A stretch of 64,000 nt of DNA from an uncultured Alphaproteobacteria bacterium (GTDB lineage: Bacteria > Pseudomonadota > Alphaproteobacteria > Rhizobiales > Xanthobacteraceae), in assembly GCA_963739945.1 (NCBI GenBank), contig CAVUCN010000017.1, positions 81,689 to 145,688 of the forward strand. Reading direction: 5' to 3'. How positions within the stretch are numbered: position 1 is the first letter of the stretch; each line of letters starts with the position of its first letter. Below, one piece after another: positions 23,481 through 32,338 of the stretch. The translations under genes were made by a program, and so were the position numbers. The notes beneath the pieces were generated by a model. The model searched no databases. It had not been told where the DNA came from and was given only the letters and a program-made list of their open reading frames with translations.

Positions 23481-23512
23481 AAAAGGGGAACCGGCATCCC
23501 GGTCCCCCTTTT
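23481..23512 (-). terminator. Candidate intrinsic terminator after rplU-rpmA
   Basis: aaaaggggaaccgg-catc-ccggtccccctttt forms a 13/14-bp GC-rich stem flanked by A/T runs on both sides. On the minus strand it is followed by CGATTTTC. It lies 64 nt downstream of the rpmA stop. Confidence 0.6.
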
Positions 23513-23575
23513 CTCGGAGCCCATTCGGGTCCGCCGGGCGACTAGGTGCCGGCGGACCGATTATGATCCACCGTA

Positions 23576-23848
23576 TTACTCGGCCGCTGCTTCCGTCATC
23601 GGAAGTACCGATACAAAAGTGCGGTTTTTGGTTTTGGTACGGAACTCAAGTTTGCCGTCGATTTTTGCGAACAATGTGTGGTCCTTGCCGATGCCGACAT
23701 TGCGGCCCGGATGCCATTTGGTGCCGCGCTGACGCGCGATCACGTTGCCGGCAATGACCTGCTCACCGCCGAAAATCTTGATCCCGAGGCGCTGGCCTGC
23801 CGAATCGCGGCCGTTGCGCGAGGATCCGCCTGCTTTCTTATGTGCCAT
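23576..23848 (-). CDS. rpmA: 50S ribosomal protein L27
   Basis: [61 protein letters not shown]... Confidence 0.98.
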   Translation of the reverse strand: MAHKKAGGSSRNGRDSAGQRLGIKIFGGEQVIAGNVIARQRGTKWHPGRNVGIGKDHTLFAKIDGKLEFRTKTKNRTFVSVLPMTEAAAE

Positions 23849-23927
23849 TGCTGGCCTCCAAACCTTTCTTGCCTAAGTCTTATATAGAATTGGTGACAAA
23901 AGCGTCACCACTCTACGTCACTTCGGA

Positions 23928-24422
23928 TTACTTCTTTTTTTTGCCCTTCGCAGCCGGCTTTTTAGTGGCCGAAGCCTTCGCCTTGGCCGGAGCCTTTTTC
24001 TTTTTCGCAGTCGTTGCCTTGGCCGCGCTCTCGTCACCTTCCGCCGCCGGGGCCGATTCGGGCTTCGGCGCCTTGGCCCGCTTCGGCCGCGCCTCTTTGC
24101 TCGGTTTTTGACCGTCGGTCAGAATCTCTGTGATGCGCAGCAGGGTGAATTCCTCACGGTAGCCGCGCTTGCGGCGCGAGTTCTTCCGGCGGCGCTTCTT
24201 GAACGCAATGATTTTCGGACCGCGCCCCTGTTCGATCACCTCGGCCGCGACAGTCGCACCGGATATAGTCGGAGCGCCGAGCGTGACACTGTCACCGCCC
24301 ACGACCAGAACTTCGCCGAACTCGACGATATCGCCGGGCTCACCTTTAACCGTGGCAACTTTCAGGACGTCATCGGCAGCAACACGGTATTGCTTGCCGC
24401 CTGTTTTGAAGACCGCGAACAT
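23928..24422 (-). CDS. rplU: 50S ribosomal protein L21 with a long Lys/Ala-rich C-terminal extension
   Basis: [22 protein letters not shown]...[30 protein letters not shown], followed by ~60 aa: [63 protein letters not shown]. Confidence 0.95.
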   Translation of the reverse strand: MFAVFKTGGKQYRVAADDVLKVATVKGEPGDIVEFGEVLVVGGDSVTLGAPTISGATVAAEVIEQGRGPKIIAFKKRRRKNSRRKRGYREEFTLLRITEILTDGQKPSKEARPKRAKAPKPESAPAAEGDESAAKATTAKKKKAPAKAKASATKKPAAKGKKKK

Positions 24423-24552
24423 CTTTTTTCCTCGTGTTCGATTCCGATAATCGGATTTGCATCCGCACCGGCTTCTTGCAGTCGTTTCTGCTGATGGTCA
24501 TCGGCGCTTGATAACAGCCAAAGCCGCACCAAAAGGCCATTGAACCGGCGTC

Positions 24553-24582
24553 GTTATGGCGAAGGCCGGAGCCCCTTGTCAA
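24553..24582 (-). promoter_or_regulatory. Possible sigma70-type promoter for rplU-rpmA
   Basis: The minus strand reads TTGACA-(18 nt)-CATAAC about 130 nt upstream of the rplU ATG. A 10-bp inverted repeat, cgttatggcg (24552-24561) / cgccataacg (24603-24612), flanks the -35 element. Sequence pattern only. Confidence 0.3.
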
Positions 24583-24706
24583 GAAAGACAAATAAGCCGC
24601 GGCGCCATAACGCTAAATTGCTTGCAGAAGCCCGTCTATTGGCGTTCTTTATCCGCAAATAACCGCTGGAAATGCCGGCAACATTGCGCGTAAACGGGAG
24701 GATCCT

Positions 24707-25705
24707 GTGCTGGCCAGACAATGGGTTTCACCTCTCGTCGCAGCCCTCATGACCGCCGTTCTGGCGCTGGCGTTTACCTTGCGTCAGCCGGCGCTGGCCC
24801 AAGACTATCCGACCCGCCCGGTCACGATCCTGGTCCCGCTCGCAGCCGGCGGCGCCATGGACATCATCGCCCGCACCATGGCCCCGAAGGTCGCCGAGCG
24901 TCTCGGCAAGTCGGTGCTGGTCGAGGAGCGGGTCGGCGCCGGGACCGTTCTAGCCGCCAACGACGTCGCCCACGGTGCTGCCGACGGCTACACGCTGCTC
25001 GATGCGCCGAGCGGCACCATGACCACCAACGTCACGCTGTACAAAAAGCTTTCCTACGATCCGGTCGCCGACTTCATCCCGATTGCGCTGTGTTGCCGGG
25101 TGCCGTTCGTGCTGGTGACCGGCGCCAGCCAGCCGTTCAAGACCATGGCGGAACTGATCGCCTACGGCAAAGCGAATCCCGGCAAGTTGTCATTCGCCTC
25201 GACCGGCACCGGCGCGGTGCCGCATCTCGCCGGCGAGATGCTCAAGAGCATGGCCGGAATCGACATGGTGCATGTGCCCTACAAGGGTGGACCGCCGGCG
25301 CTCAACGACGTCATGGGCAACCAGATCCAGTTGTTCTTCGCCGACACCGCGATCACACCGCCGCTGATCGCCGCCGGAAAAATTCGCGCGCTCGGCGTGT
25401 CGTCAAAGACGCCGGTGGACGTATTGCCGGGCGTGCCGGCGATTGCCGACACCGTGCCGGGCTTCGAAGCGGTGTCCTGGCACATGATCGTCGCGCAGAG
25501 CCGCACGCCGCGGCCGATCGTCGATAAACTTCACGATGCGTTCCAAGCCGTCGTTAAATCGCCCGATATCCGGCAGCAGATGATCACGATGGGTCTCATT
25601 CCGGCCGATACGCCGTCAGTCGATGAGTTGCAGAGCTTCGTGAAATCCGAAATCGGCCGTTGGGGCGACATCGTGCGCAAAGTCGGCATCGCCGGAACGG
25701 AATAG
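24707..25705 (+). CDS. Bug-family (TctC-like) tripartite tricarboxylate transporter substrate-binding protein
   Basis: Signal peptide MLARQWVSPLVAALMTAVLALAFTLRQPALAQDYPTRPVTILVPLAAGGAMDIIAR... and ...ASTGTGAVPHLAGEMLKSMAGIDMVHVPYKGGPPALNDVMGNQIQLFF...SEIGRWGDIVRKVGIAGTE. Confidence 0.9.
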   Translation: MLARQWVSPLVAALMTAVLALAFTLRQPALAQDYPTRPVTILVPLAAGGAMDIIARTMAPKVAERLGKSVLVEERVGAGTVLAANDVAHGAADGYTLLDAPSGTMTTNVTLYKKLSYDPVADFIPIALCCRVPFVLVTGASQPFKTMAELIAYGKANPGKLSFASTGTGAVPHLAGEMLKSMAGIDMVHVPYKGGPPALNDVMGNQIQLFFADTAITPPLIAAGKIRALGVSSKTPVDVLPGVPAIADTVPGFEAVSWHMIVAQSRTPRPIVDKLHDAFQAVVKSPDIRQQMITMGLIPADTPSVDELQSFVKSEIGRWGDIVRKVGIAGTE

Positions 25706-25723
25706 ACAACGCAGGACAGGCAT

Positions 25724-26705
25724 ATGGCCCTTCTGTCGCGCCGCACATTGCTCACCATCGCGCTGCCAGCGATGACGGCCAGCATCGCGCGCGCCGAAGA
25801 CGCCGACGATTATCCAAACCGCCCGGTCAGCTTCATCGTGCCGTTCACGCCCGGCGGCGGCACCGACATCCTCGCCCGGCTGCTCGGACAAAAGCTTGAA
25901 GCCCGCTTCGGCAAGCCGTTCGTGATCGAGAATCGTCCGGGGTCGGGAACAGTGGTCGCGACCAATTTCATCGCCAAGTCGGCGCCAGACGGCCACTCCA
26001 TCATGATGTCAGTATCATCGCTCGCCATCAACGCGACGCTGTACAAGAACCTGCCGTACGATCCGGTGAAGGACATCGCCATGGTCGCGATGATCGCGAC
26101 GGTGCCGTTCGTGCTGGTGGTCAGCCCATCGTTGCAGGTGCAGAGCGTCGAAGAACTGATCAAGCTCGCAAAGACCAGGTCGCTGAGCTACGGCTCCGGC
26201 GGCATCGGCGCCTTCCATCACCTTGCCGGCGCTCTGTTTTCCACCATGACCGGCATCAAGGCGACCCACGTGCCGTATCATGGGACCGCACCGGCACTGA
26301 CCGACCTCATGGGCGGCTACATCCAGTTCATGTTCAGCGATCTTGGCCCGGCATTGCCACTGATCAATGCCGGCAAGCTACGCGCGCTGGCAGTCACCAC
26401 CAGGACGCGCTTTGTAGCGCTGCCAGACGTCCCTCCACTTGCTGAGTCCGGCGTGCCTGGCTTCGATGCCGCCGCATGGCAGGGCGTGATTGCGCCGGCT
26501 GGAACGCCGCAGGATATTCTGATCAAACTCAACGATGCACTGAACGACATCGTTGCCATGGACGACGTACGCGCGCGCATGAAAGATCTCGGCATGACCC
26601 CCGTCGGCAAAGGTTCGCCGGCCGAGCTGCAGAAATTCCTCGAGTTCGGAAATCGGCCGCTGGGGCAAAGTCGTCGAGGCTGCAGGCGTTGCCGGAACCG
26701 AGTGA
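25724..26705 (+). pseudogene. Bug-family (TctC-like) substrate-binding protein; C-terminal frame break near 26645
   Basis: ...DYPNRPVSFIVPFTPGGGTDILARLLGQKLE...GGIGAFHHLAGALFSTMTGIKATHVPYHGTAPALTDLMGGYIQFMF... After LQKFLE the track frame turns to nonsense. Removing one T (gagTTcgg) restores SEIGRWGKVVEAAGVAGTE with a stop at 26703-26705. Confidence 0.88.
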
Positions 26706-26709
26706 GCAC

Positions 26710-27649
26710 TTGTCGGAAACCGCGGCCAACCGAGAAGTCGATCGCCAGCTTCCTTTAGGCGACGAAATCTTTCTCGATCACGTCGCCCATTTCGTTCGCG
26801 ATGCGAACGCTGCAAGCGATGCGCTGGTGCGCTGCGGCTTTGCACCGACGCCGATCTCGATCCAGGCGAAGTCCGGATCCATCCGGTGGCACGAAGCCGA
26901 CCGGAACCGGCAACATCACCGTGATGTTCGAACGCGGCTACACGGAAATCCTGTTCAAGACTTCCGATACGCCGCTGTCGCTCGAACTCGACACCGCGAT
27001 TGAACGTTATGCCGGGATGCATCTCGCCGCGTTTGCCGTAGCGGATGCAGCAAAATCACACCAACGCCTGGCGACCGCAGACTTTCGGGTGCGAGACCTC
27101 GTCAATATGTCGCGCCCGGTCGAAACCGAGGCCGGACCAGACAAGGCGGCTTTCACCATCGCCCGCGTCGAACCCGGCGTCATGCCGGAAGGCCGCATCC
27201 AGATGCTGACGCATCACACCGAGCAGGCCGTGTGGCAGAAACGCTGGCTGACACATCCCAACAGCACCATGGGCCTAATCGACGTCGTCATTGCGGTCGC
27301 CGATGTCGAGGAAGCCGCACGGCGGTTTTCACGCTTTACCGGCCGCCCGGCTACGCGGACTCCGAGCGGAGCGGGAGCGTTAATCCGCCTCGATCGCGGC
27401 GGCATCAACCTCGTCTCCCATGAGCTGGCAGCGGAGCGACTACCGGAACTCGCATTTCCGACGCTACCGTTCATGATCGGCTATGCGCTGCGGGTGAAAT
27501 CGCTCGCCACCGCCGAAATGGCCGTGGAGGCTGCCAATTTGGCATGGCACAGCCTCGACGGCGGCATCGCCGCGAGCTTTCCCATCGAGCTTGGTGAGGG
27601 CGCTTGGTTCTTTGTCGAAGATGCGTCGGGATTGCCCTGGCGACGCTGA
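26710..27649 (+). pseudogene. Two-domain glyoxalase-like/VOC-superfamily protein; frame broken near 26872
   Basis: One frame reads (TTG 26710) SETAANREVDRQLPLGDEIFLDHVAHFVRDANAASDALVRCGFAPTPISIQ. The next continues PDPSGGTKPTGTGNITVMFERGYTEILFKTSD...GMHLAAFAVADAAKSHQRL...MGLIDVVIAVADVEEAARRFSRFTG... The family assignment is moderate and the start is inferred. Confidence 0.5.
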
Positions 27650-27684
27650 GGGATTGAACCAGACGTCCACCGCTCGTCCCCGCG

Positions 27685-27800
27685 ACCCACCTACGCTCGC
27701 TCGGCGAGCTTCGGTGGGTTTGGAGTCCGCGGAAGCTCGGAGAGCGAAGGCGGAAAGCGGGGACCTAGTGCTTCTCTCGGATTCCCGCTTACGCGGGAAT
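27685..27800. repeat. Cluster of REP-like GC-rich hairpins (family C, ...attcccgcttacgcgggaat...)
   Basis: Three hairpins: acccacc...ggtgggt (27685-27719), tccgc...gcgga (27726-27754) and attcccgc-ttac-gcgggaat (27781-27800). They lie in the convergent intergenic gap. Motifs of this kind are dispersed in Bradyrhizobiaceae genomes, from memory. Confidence 0.6.
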
Positions 27801-27813
27801 GAGCGAGAAGAAA

Positions 27814-28239
27814 TTACTCCGCCGCGACCTTGGCGGATTCGGCAGGCACGACTTCTTTCACCGCGCCGCCCCAGCCGTTATGCGTCAGGTCGAAAATCAC
27901 GCCGTCCGGATTCTTGTATTTGACCTCGTAGAAGGCGTTCGGATTGTCCTTCGGCGCGCCGCCAAAATAGGTGGCGCCGGCGTCGGTGGCCTTCTTGGCC
28001 GCTTCGTCGAGGTTGTCGACCCACATGCCGAAATGCACGATGCCGAGATAGTTCTTCGGGAATCCTGGAACGTCGCCGGTCTCGTATTTCAGCAGCGCGA
28101 CATTGATGGTGCCGTCGGACACGTAGCAGCCGATGCCGGCCTTGCCGACGCGCTTCATGCCGAACGCATCCTCAAAGAATTTCGCCGCCTTGTCCGGATC
28201 GGAAACCGACAGAGCGATGTGACGAAGCCGTGCAGCCAT
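27814..28239 (-). CDS. VOC family protein (glyoxalase/dioxygenase fold)
   Basis: MAARLRHIALSVSDPDKAAKFFEDAFGMKRVGKAGIGCYVSDGTINVALLKYE...IVHFGMWVDNLDEAAKKATDAGA...GVIFDLTHNGWGGA. GGAGGT RBS. Paralogue of 30710..31090. Confidence 0.8.
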   Translation of the reverse strand: MAARLRHIALSVSDPDKAAKFFEDAFGMKRVGKAGIGCYVSDGTINVALLKYETGDVPGFPKNYLGIVHFGMWVDNLDEAAKKATDAGATYFGGAPKDNPNAFYEVKYKNPDGVIFDLTHNGWGGAVKEVVPAESAKVAAE

Positions 28240-28328
28240 GGGTAACCTCCGATGGATCGTTGTTGGTTGGCGCAAAGCATCCTCCCGCCTCGCCGGGGCG
28301 TCAAGACGGACGCCTGCCGAACGGGAGA

Positions 28329-29294
28329 TCAGTCCGCTTTAAGGCCGGACCCTACGATAACGTCACGCCACTTCTTGAAGTCTGCTGCGACGCGGTTAGC
28401 GAGCTGTTGCGGCGTGCTGGCCTGCGCCTCCACTCCAATTTTGGTCATTGCGGCTACTGTTTCACGGTCGGCCAAAAGTTCATTCACCGCACGATTCACT
28501 TTCGTCACAATCGCTTCGGGCGTGCCGGCGGGAGCGTTGATGGCCTGCCAGAGTACCGCCTCGTAGCCGGCCAGTCCGGCTTCCGCGATCGTCGGCACAT
28601 CCGGCAGCGCAGCGCTTCGCGTGGCACTGGTCACAGCCAGCGCCCGCACCTGGCCTTGCTGGATCAGCGACAGCGTTGGCGGGATGGTGACGAAAGCAGT
28701 ATCGACCCGGCCAGCAATCAGGTCCGGCACTTCCTGCTCCGTGCCCCGATAAGCAATAGGGGTGATCTGGATATTGGCGAGCTTGTTGAACAGCAGGCCG
28801 GCCAAATTGGCGAGGGTCGCCTGACCCGCTTCCGCATAAGTGTGTTTGCCCGGCTCGGCCTTGGCCAGGGCAATTAACTCCTGCGTGGTGAGGACCGGCA
28901 AGCCCGGATAGCTCGCCAGCACGAACGGCGAAGCGCCGAGCATCGATATCGGCACGAAGTCCTTGACGACGTCGAAACTCTGGGTCGGGTTGAGGCTTTG
29001 CGTAATCGTAGAGCTGGTGTTGACCAGACCCAGCGTGTAACCGTCTGGCGCGGCGTGGGCGACATATTCGCCGCCGACCGCGGTGCTCGCGCCGGGACGA
29101 TTTTCGACCACGACCGGTTGGCCGAGCTTGCCGCTTAGACCTTGCGCAGCGATCCGCGCAACAATGTCGGAGCTGCTGCCGGGCGGGAACGGGACGATCA
29201 GGTGGACCGGCCGTTCCGGCCACACGCCTGTCTGTGCGTTCGCAGGCAACACCGCGAACAACGGCAACAACGCCAGTACAACGCCCCTCATCAC
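28329..29294 (-). CDS. Bug-family (TctC-like) substrate-binding protein
   Basis: Signal peptide MMRGVVLALLPLFAVLPANAQTGVWPERPVHLIVPFPPGSSSDIVARIAAQ... and ...AEAGQATLANLAGLLFNKLANIQITPIAYRGTEQEVPDLIAGRVDTAF... Confidence 0.9.
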   Translation of the reverse strand: MMRGVVLALLPLFAVLPANAQTGVWPERPVHLIVPFPPGSSSDIVARIAAQGLSGKLGQPVVVENRPGASTAVGGEYVAHAAPDGYTLGLVNTSSTITQSLNPTQSFDVVKDFVPISMLGASPFVLASYPGLPVLTTQELIALAKAEPGKHTYAEAGQATLANLAGLLFNKLANIQITPIAYRGTEQEVPDLIAGRVDTAFVTIPPTLSLIQQGQVRALAVTSATRSAALPDVPTIAEAGLAGYEAVLWQAINAPAGTPEAIVTKVNRAVNELLADRETVAAMTKIGVEAQASTPQQLANRVAADFKKWRDVIVGSGLKAD

Positions 29295-29308
29295 ACGCCT
29301 CGATTTTC

Positions 29309-30529
29309 CTAGGTAATCGCTTCGGCTTCCTTCAGACTTTCGAACAAAGCGGTGCGCAGCAGGAATTTGCGCGCCAGCACCGGATCTTCCGACGTACGGC
29401 GCAGCTCGTCGTGATTGCGCCTGCGCACTGCCGGATCCTGCTCGGCAAGAAGCTTCTTGTTGCGCATGGTCTGCGCCTGGGTATGTGCGACCGCAACATG
29501 ACGACGCTGCCGCTCGTAGCGGTCGAGCACGGAGTCATCCGTCTCACCACGCGAGATGGCGATGAGCTTGTCGGCAAGGTTGATCGCGTCGTGGATGCCG
29601 GAGTTCATACCCATGGCGCCGATCGGGCTGTTCACGTGTGCCGAGTCGCCGGCAAGAATAGCGCGGCCGGCACGAAATCTATCCGCGACTCTTTGGTGCA
29701 CCACGTAAAGGTTGCAGCCGACAATCTCGAACGGCTTCCCGGTCGGCAGGAATTTCTGCATTTGCGCCTGCAGGACTTCGGGCCGCAACAGATCGGCCTC
29801 GTCTGCCTTCGGATCGGTTGGAAAATGTACCCGCCAGCGGTCCGGCGGCCCTTTCCAGTGGAACAGGTTCGACCACTCGTTCGGATCGGAAATGTAGTTG
29901 CGGTGCGCGTAACCGTGCTTGCTGAAATCGTAGGCCACTTCGATGTTCAGCGTGCGATCGTCGTAAGTAAAACCCTCAAAAGCGATGCCGAGATCCTTGC
30001 GCACAATGCTGCGCGCACCTTCGCCGCTGACCAGGTAACGGCCTTCGATCGTCTCATCCTCGCCCGCGATGTTGATCACGCGCGCCTTGACGCCGTCGGC
30101 ATCCTGCTGGAACGAGGCGAATTCGGTCTTGAGGCGAAGATCGATATTCGGATGCGCTTTAGCCATCTTCAGCGCTTCCGCGACGATCTTGATGCGCTCG
30201 CATTGCAGCACGTAGGGAAAGCGCGTGTCGTTTTTCAGCAACGCGTGGTCGAAGGCCGCGATTCGCTTGCCTTCGTGCCGGTCCCAATAATGAAACTCCG
30301 GCGCGATGATGCCGCGCGGCTCAAGCTTCTCGTAAAGCCCGAGCCGGTCGAGCATTTCCAGCGTCGCCGGATGATTGGTGCCGGCGCGCGGCACCTGTTC
30401 GAGGAAGTTATCGTCGCCCAGCGCTTCGGCGAGACAGACTTTCAGTCCCGCCTGTGCGAGCGCCAGCGACAGGCAGAGCCCGACCGGACCTGCCCCGATA
30501 ACGACAATACGGTCGGGATACTTTGCCAA
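29309..30529 (-). CDS. FAD-dependent aromatic monooxygenase (UbiH/PHBH-like class A flavoprotein)
   Basis: (TTG start) AKYPDRIVVIGAGPVGLCLSLALAQAGLKVCLAE (GxGxxG)...RAILAGDSAHVNSPIGAMGMNSGIHDAINLADKL (the DG/GD FAD and substrate motifs). Confidence 0.85.
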   Translation of the reverse strand: MAKYPDRIVVIGAGPVGLCLSLALAQAGLKVCLAEALGDDNFLEQVPRAGTNHPATLEMLDRLGLYEKLEPRGIIAPEFHYWDRHEGKRIAAFDHALLKNDTRFPYVLQCERIKIVAEALKMAKAHPNIDLRLKTEFASFQQDADGVKARVINIAGEDETIEGRYLVSGEGARSIVRKDLGIAFEGFTYDDRTLNIEVAYDFSKHGYAHRNYISDPNEWSNLFHWKGPPDRWRVHFPTDPKADEADLLRPEVLQAQMQKFLPTGKPFEIVGCNLYVVHQRVADRFRAGRAILAGDSAHVNSPIGAMGMNSGIHDAINLADKLIAISRGETDDSVLDRYERQRRHVAVAHTQAQTMRNKKLLAEQDPAVRRRNHDELRRTSEDPVLARKFLLRTALFESLKEAEAIT

Positions 30530-30547
30530 TCAGGCCTTCGCCAATCA

Positions 30548-30713
30548 GTGGAGCGGATTTGACATTCGCTACTTGCCATGTCGCTGGTTCGTCAAGCGAA
30601 TGTCAAATCCAAAGGCTCCACTAGCACTTTGTATTTGCTAGTGGTTCTGTTGATTCAAACATTCGCACAAGGCGGTTCCGAAACAGATGCGAATGTTTGA
30701 ATCGAACCACTAG
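30548..30713. repeat. Two tandem, diverged ~70-nt palindromic units plus a short central hairpin
   Basis: Unit 1: gtggagc-ggatttgacattcgct (30548-30570), a 24-nt loop, then agcgaatgtcaaatcc-aaag-gctccac (30595-30621). Central hairpin: ccactagca-N9-tgctagtgg (30618-30644). Unit 2: ggttc-tgtt-gattcaaacattcgca (30643-30667), a 20-nt loop, then tgcgaatgtttgaatc-gaacc (30688-30708). Both units end in CCACTAG, and the second overlaps the stop codon of the VOC gene. Confidence 0.8.
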
Positions 30714-31090
30714 ACTTTCGCAACCACTTCCTTGGTGGCGCCGGCCCAGCCGTGATGGGTGAGATCGAACACCACGCCATCCGGCGCGCGGTACTTGGCC
30801 TCATAGAAAGAGTTCGGCGACGTTGGCCGACCTGCAAGATATTTGCCACCGGCGTCCGTCACCTTCTTCTCGGCTTCGTCGAGATCGTCGACCCACATGC
30901 CGAAGTGATAGATGCCCGGCTTCTCGTTACCTTCCGTCTTCAGGAGAGCGACGTTCATCACGCCGTCGGTCATATAAATGCCGCGGCGCGCCGTTCCGGC
31001 CCGCGTCATGCCGAAAGCCTGCTCGTAGAATGTCGCGGCCTGCTCCGGATCGTCGGTAATGATGGCGATATGTCGAAGTCTGGAAGCCAT
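30710..31090 (-). CDS. VOC family protein (glyoxalase/dioxygenase fold)
   Basis: MASRLRHIAIITDDPEQAATFYEQAFGMTRAGTARRGIYMTDGVMNVALLKTEGNEKPGIYHFGMWVDDLDEAEKKVTDAGG...GVVFDLTHHGWAGA. GGAGAC RBS. Confidence 0.8.
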   Translation of the reverse strand: MASRLRHIAIITDDPEQAATFYEQAFGMTRAGTARRGIYMTDGVMNVALLKTEGNEKPGIYHFGMWVDDLDEAEKKVTDAGGKYLAGRPTSPNSFYEAKYRAPDGVVFDLTHHGWAGATKEVVAKV

Positions 31091-31173
31091 GGCCGTCTCC
31101 GTTCCTGCTCATCGGGGGATGGTGCACCATAATAAGCAGTGCGATATTTGCAAAGCCGCGCTTTCCTCATGGC

Positions 31174-31761
31174 ATGCAAGACGATCCTGCACACGCCGAT
31201 ATCCTGAACAGGCCAATGACGACCGAACCGAACGAATCTTCATTGGACGAGCCTTCCTGGCCGGATGCGATTTACGCCCATTTCCGGCGGGCCGGCATTC
31301 GCCAGATCGGCTATGTGCCGGACGCCGGTCACAGCCGGCTGATCGAGCGCTGCCGGGCCGACAACAGCATCAATGACGTGGTGCTGACCACCGAGGAAGA
31401 AGGCGTCGGCCTTGTCGCCGGCGCCGCGCTCGGCGGCCAGCGCGCCGCCCTGCTGATGCAATCAAGCGGCGTCGGCAACTGCATCAACATGTTTTCGCTG
31501 CTGAAGAACTGCGGTTTTGGCTGCGTGATCGTGGTCACGATGCGCGGCGAGTTCGGCGAGTTCAATCCATGGCAGGTACCGATGGGCGCGATCACCGAGG
31601 ATGTGCTCAAGCTCGCCGGCTTCCTCACCTATCGGATCGACGACGCGGACGCGGTCGATGATGTCGTCGGCGCCGCCTGCGACATGGCGTATGATGGCAA
31701 CCTGCAGGTCGCGATCCTGCTGTCGCAGCGGCTGATCGGCCGCAAGCAATGGACCAAATGA
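31174..31761 (+). CDS. TPP-dependent decarboxylase, alpha subunit-like (sulfopyruvate/phosphonopyruvate decarboxylase ComD-type, N-terminal pyrimidine-binding domain)
   Basis: ...SWPDAIYAHFRRAGIRQIGYVPDAGHSRLIERCRADNSINDVVLTTEEEGVGLVAGAALGGQRAALLMQSSGVGNCINMFSLL... An alternative start is ATG 31216. Confidence 0.7.
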   Translation: MQDDPAHADILNRPMTTEPNESSLDEPSWPDAIYAHFRRAGIRQIGYVPDAGHSRLIERCRADNSINDVVLTTEEEGVGLVAGAALGGQRAALLMQSSGVGNCINMFSLLKNCGFGCVIVVTMRGEFGEFNPWQVPMGAITEDVLKLAGFLTYRIDDADAVDDVVGAACDMAYDGNLQVAILLSQRLIGRKQWTK

Positions 31762-31771
31762 GAACCTGACA

Positions 31772-32338
31772 ATGCTTGATCGCCGCGCCTTCGTGAAAGA
31801 GTTACTGACCGACCGCGGCGATCTGCTCGTCGTCAGCGGGCTTGGTTCCGCGACCTACGACGTTGCCGCAGCCGGCGACCATCCGCTCAACTTCTATCTC
31901 TGGGGCGCGATGGGCGGCACCGCGATGATCGGGCTTGGACTGGCGCTGGCACAGCCCGATCGCCGCGTCGTGGTGCTGACCGGCGACGGCGATATGCTGA
32001 TGGGGATCGGCAGCCTCGCCACGATCGGCGTCAAGCAGCCGAAGAATCTGGCGATCGTCGTGCTCGACAACGCGCACTATGGCGAAACCGGCATGCAGCC
32101 GAGCGCAACCAAATCCGGCATCGATCTCGTGGCCACTGCGCTGGCCTGCCGCTTCAGGCAGGCGCGCGCGGTGTCGCGGATCGAGGAAGCCGCCGATGTC
32201 CGCAGGCTGCTGCACGCTGGCGAAGGTCCGATCCTCGTCAGCGCCCGCATCAAGAAAGAAGACGTGCCGCGGGTGCTGCCGATCCGCGACGGCCACGCCA
32301 TCAAGCAGCGATTCATCGAGGCGATGAATTCCGTCTGA
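31772..32338 (+). CDS. TPP-dependent decarboxylase, beta subunit-like (ComE-type, C-terminal diphosphate-binding domain)
   Basis: MLDRRAFVKELLTDRGDLLVVSGLGSATYD...GAMGGTAMIGLGLALAQPDRRVVVLTGDGDMLMGIGSLATIG...VVLDNAHYGETG (GDG-x24-NN-like TPP motif). Confidence 0.72.
   Translation: MLDRRAFVKELLTDRGDLLVVSGLGSATYDVAAAGDHPLNFYLWGAMGGTAMIGLGLALAQPDRRVVVLTGDGDMLMGIGSLATIGVKQPKNLAIVVLDNAHYGETGMQPSATKSGIDLVATALACRFRQARAVSRIEEAADVRRLLHAGEGPILVSARIKKEDVPRVLPIRDGHAIKQRFIEAMNSV

Noticed and set aside
30548-30713. Possible CRISPR array or tRNA-like element in the palindromic intergenic region (GGTTCGATTC-like strings on the minus strand)
   Set aside because: The units are inverted repeats, not direct repeats with unique spacers. 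There are only two units and no cas genes. No cloverleaf (acceptor, D and anticodon arms) can be drawn around the T-loop-like string. The GTTCGATTCC string at 24433-24455 fails for the same reason.
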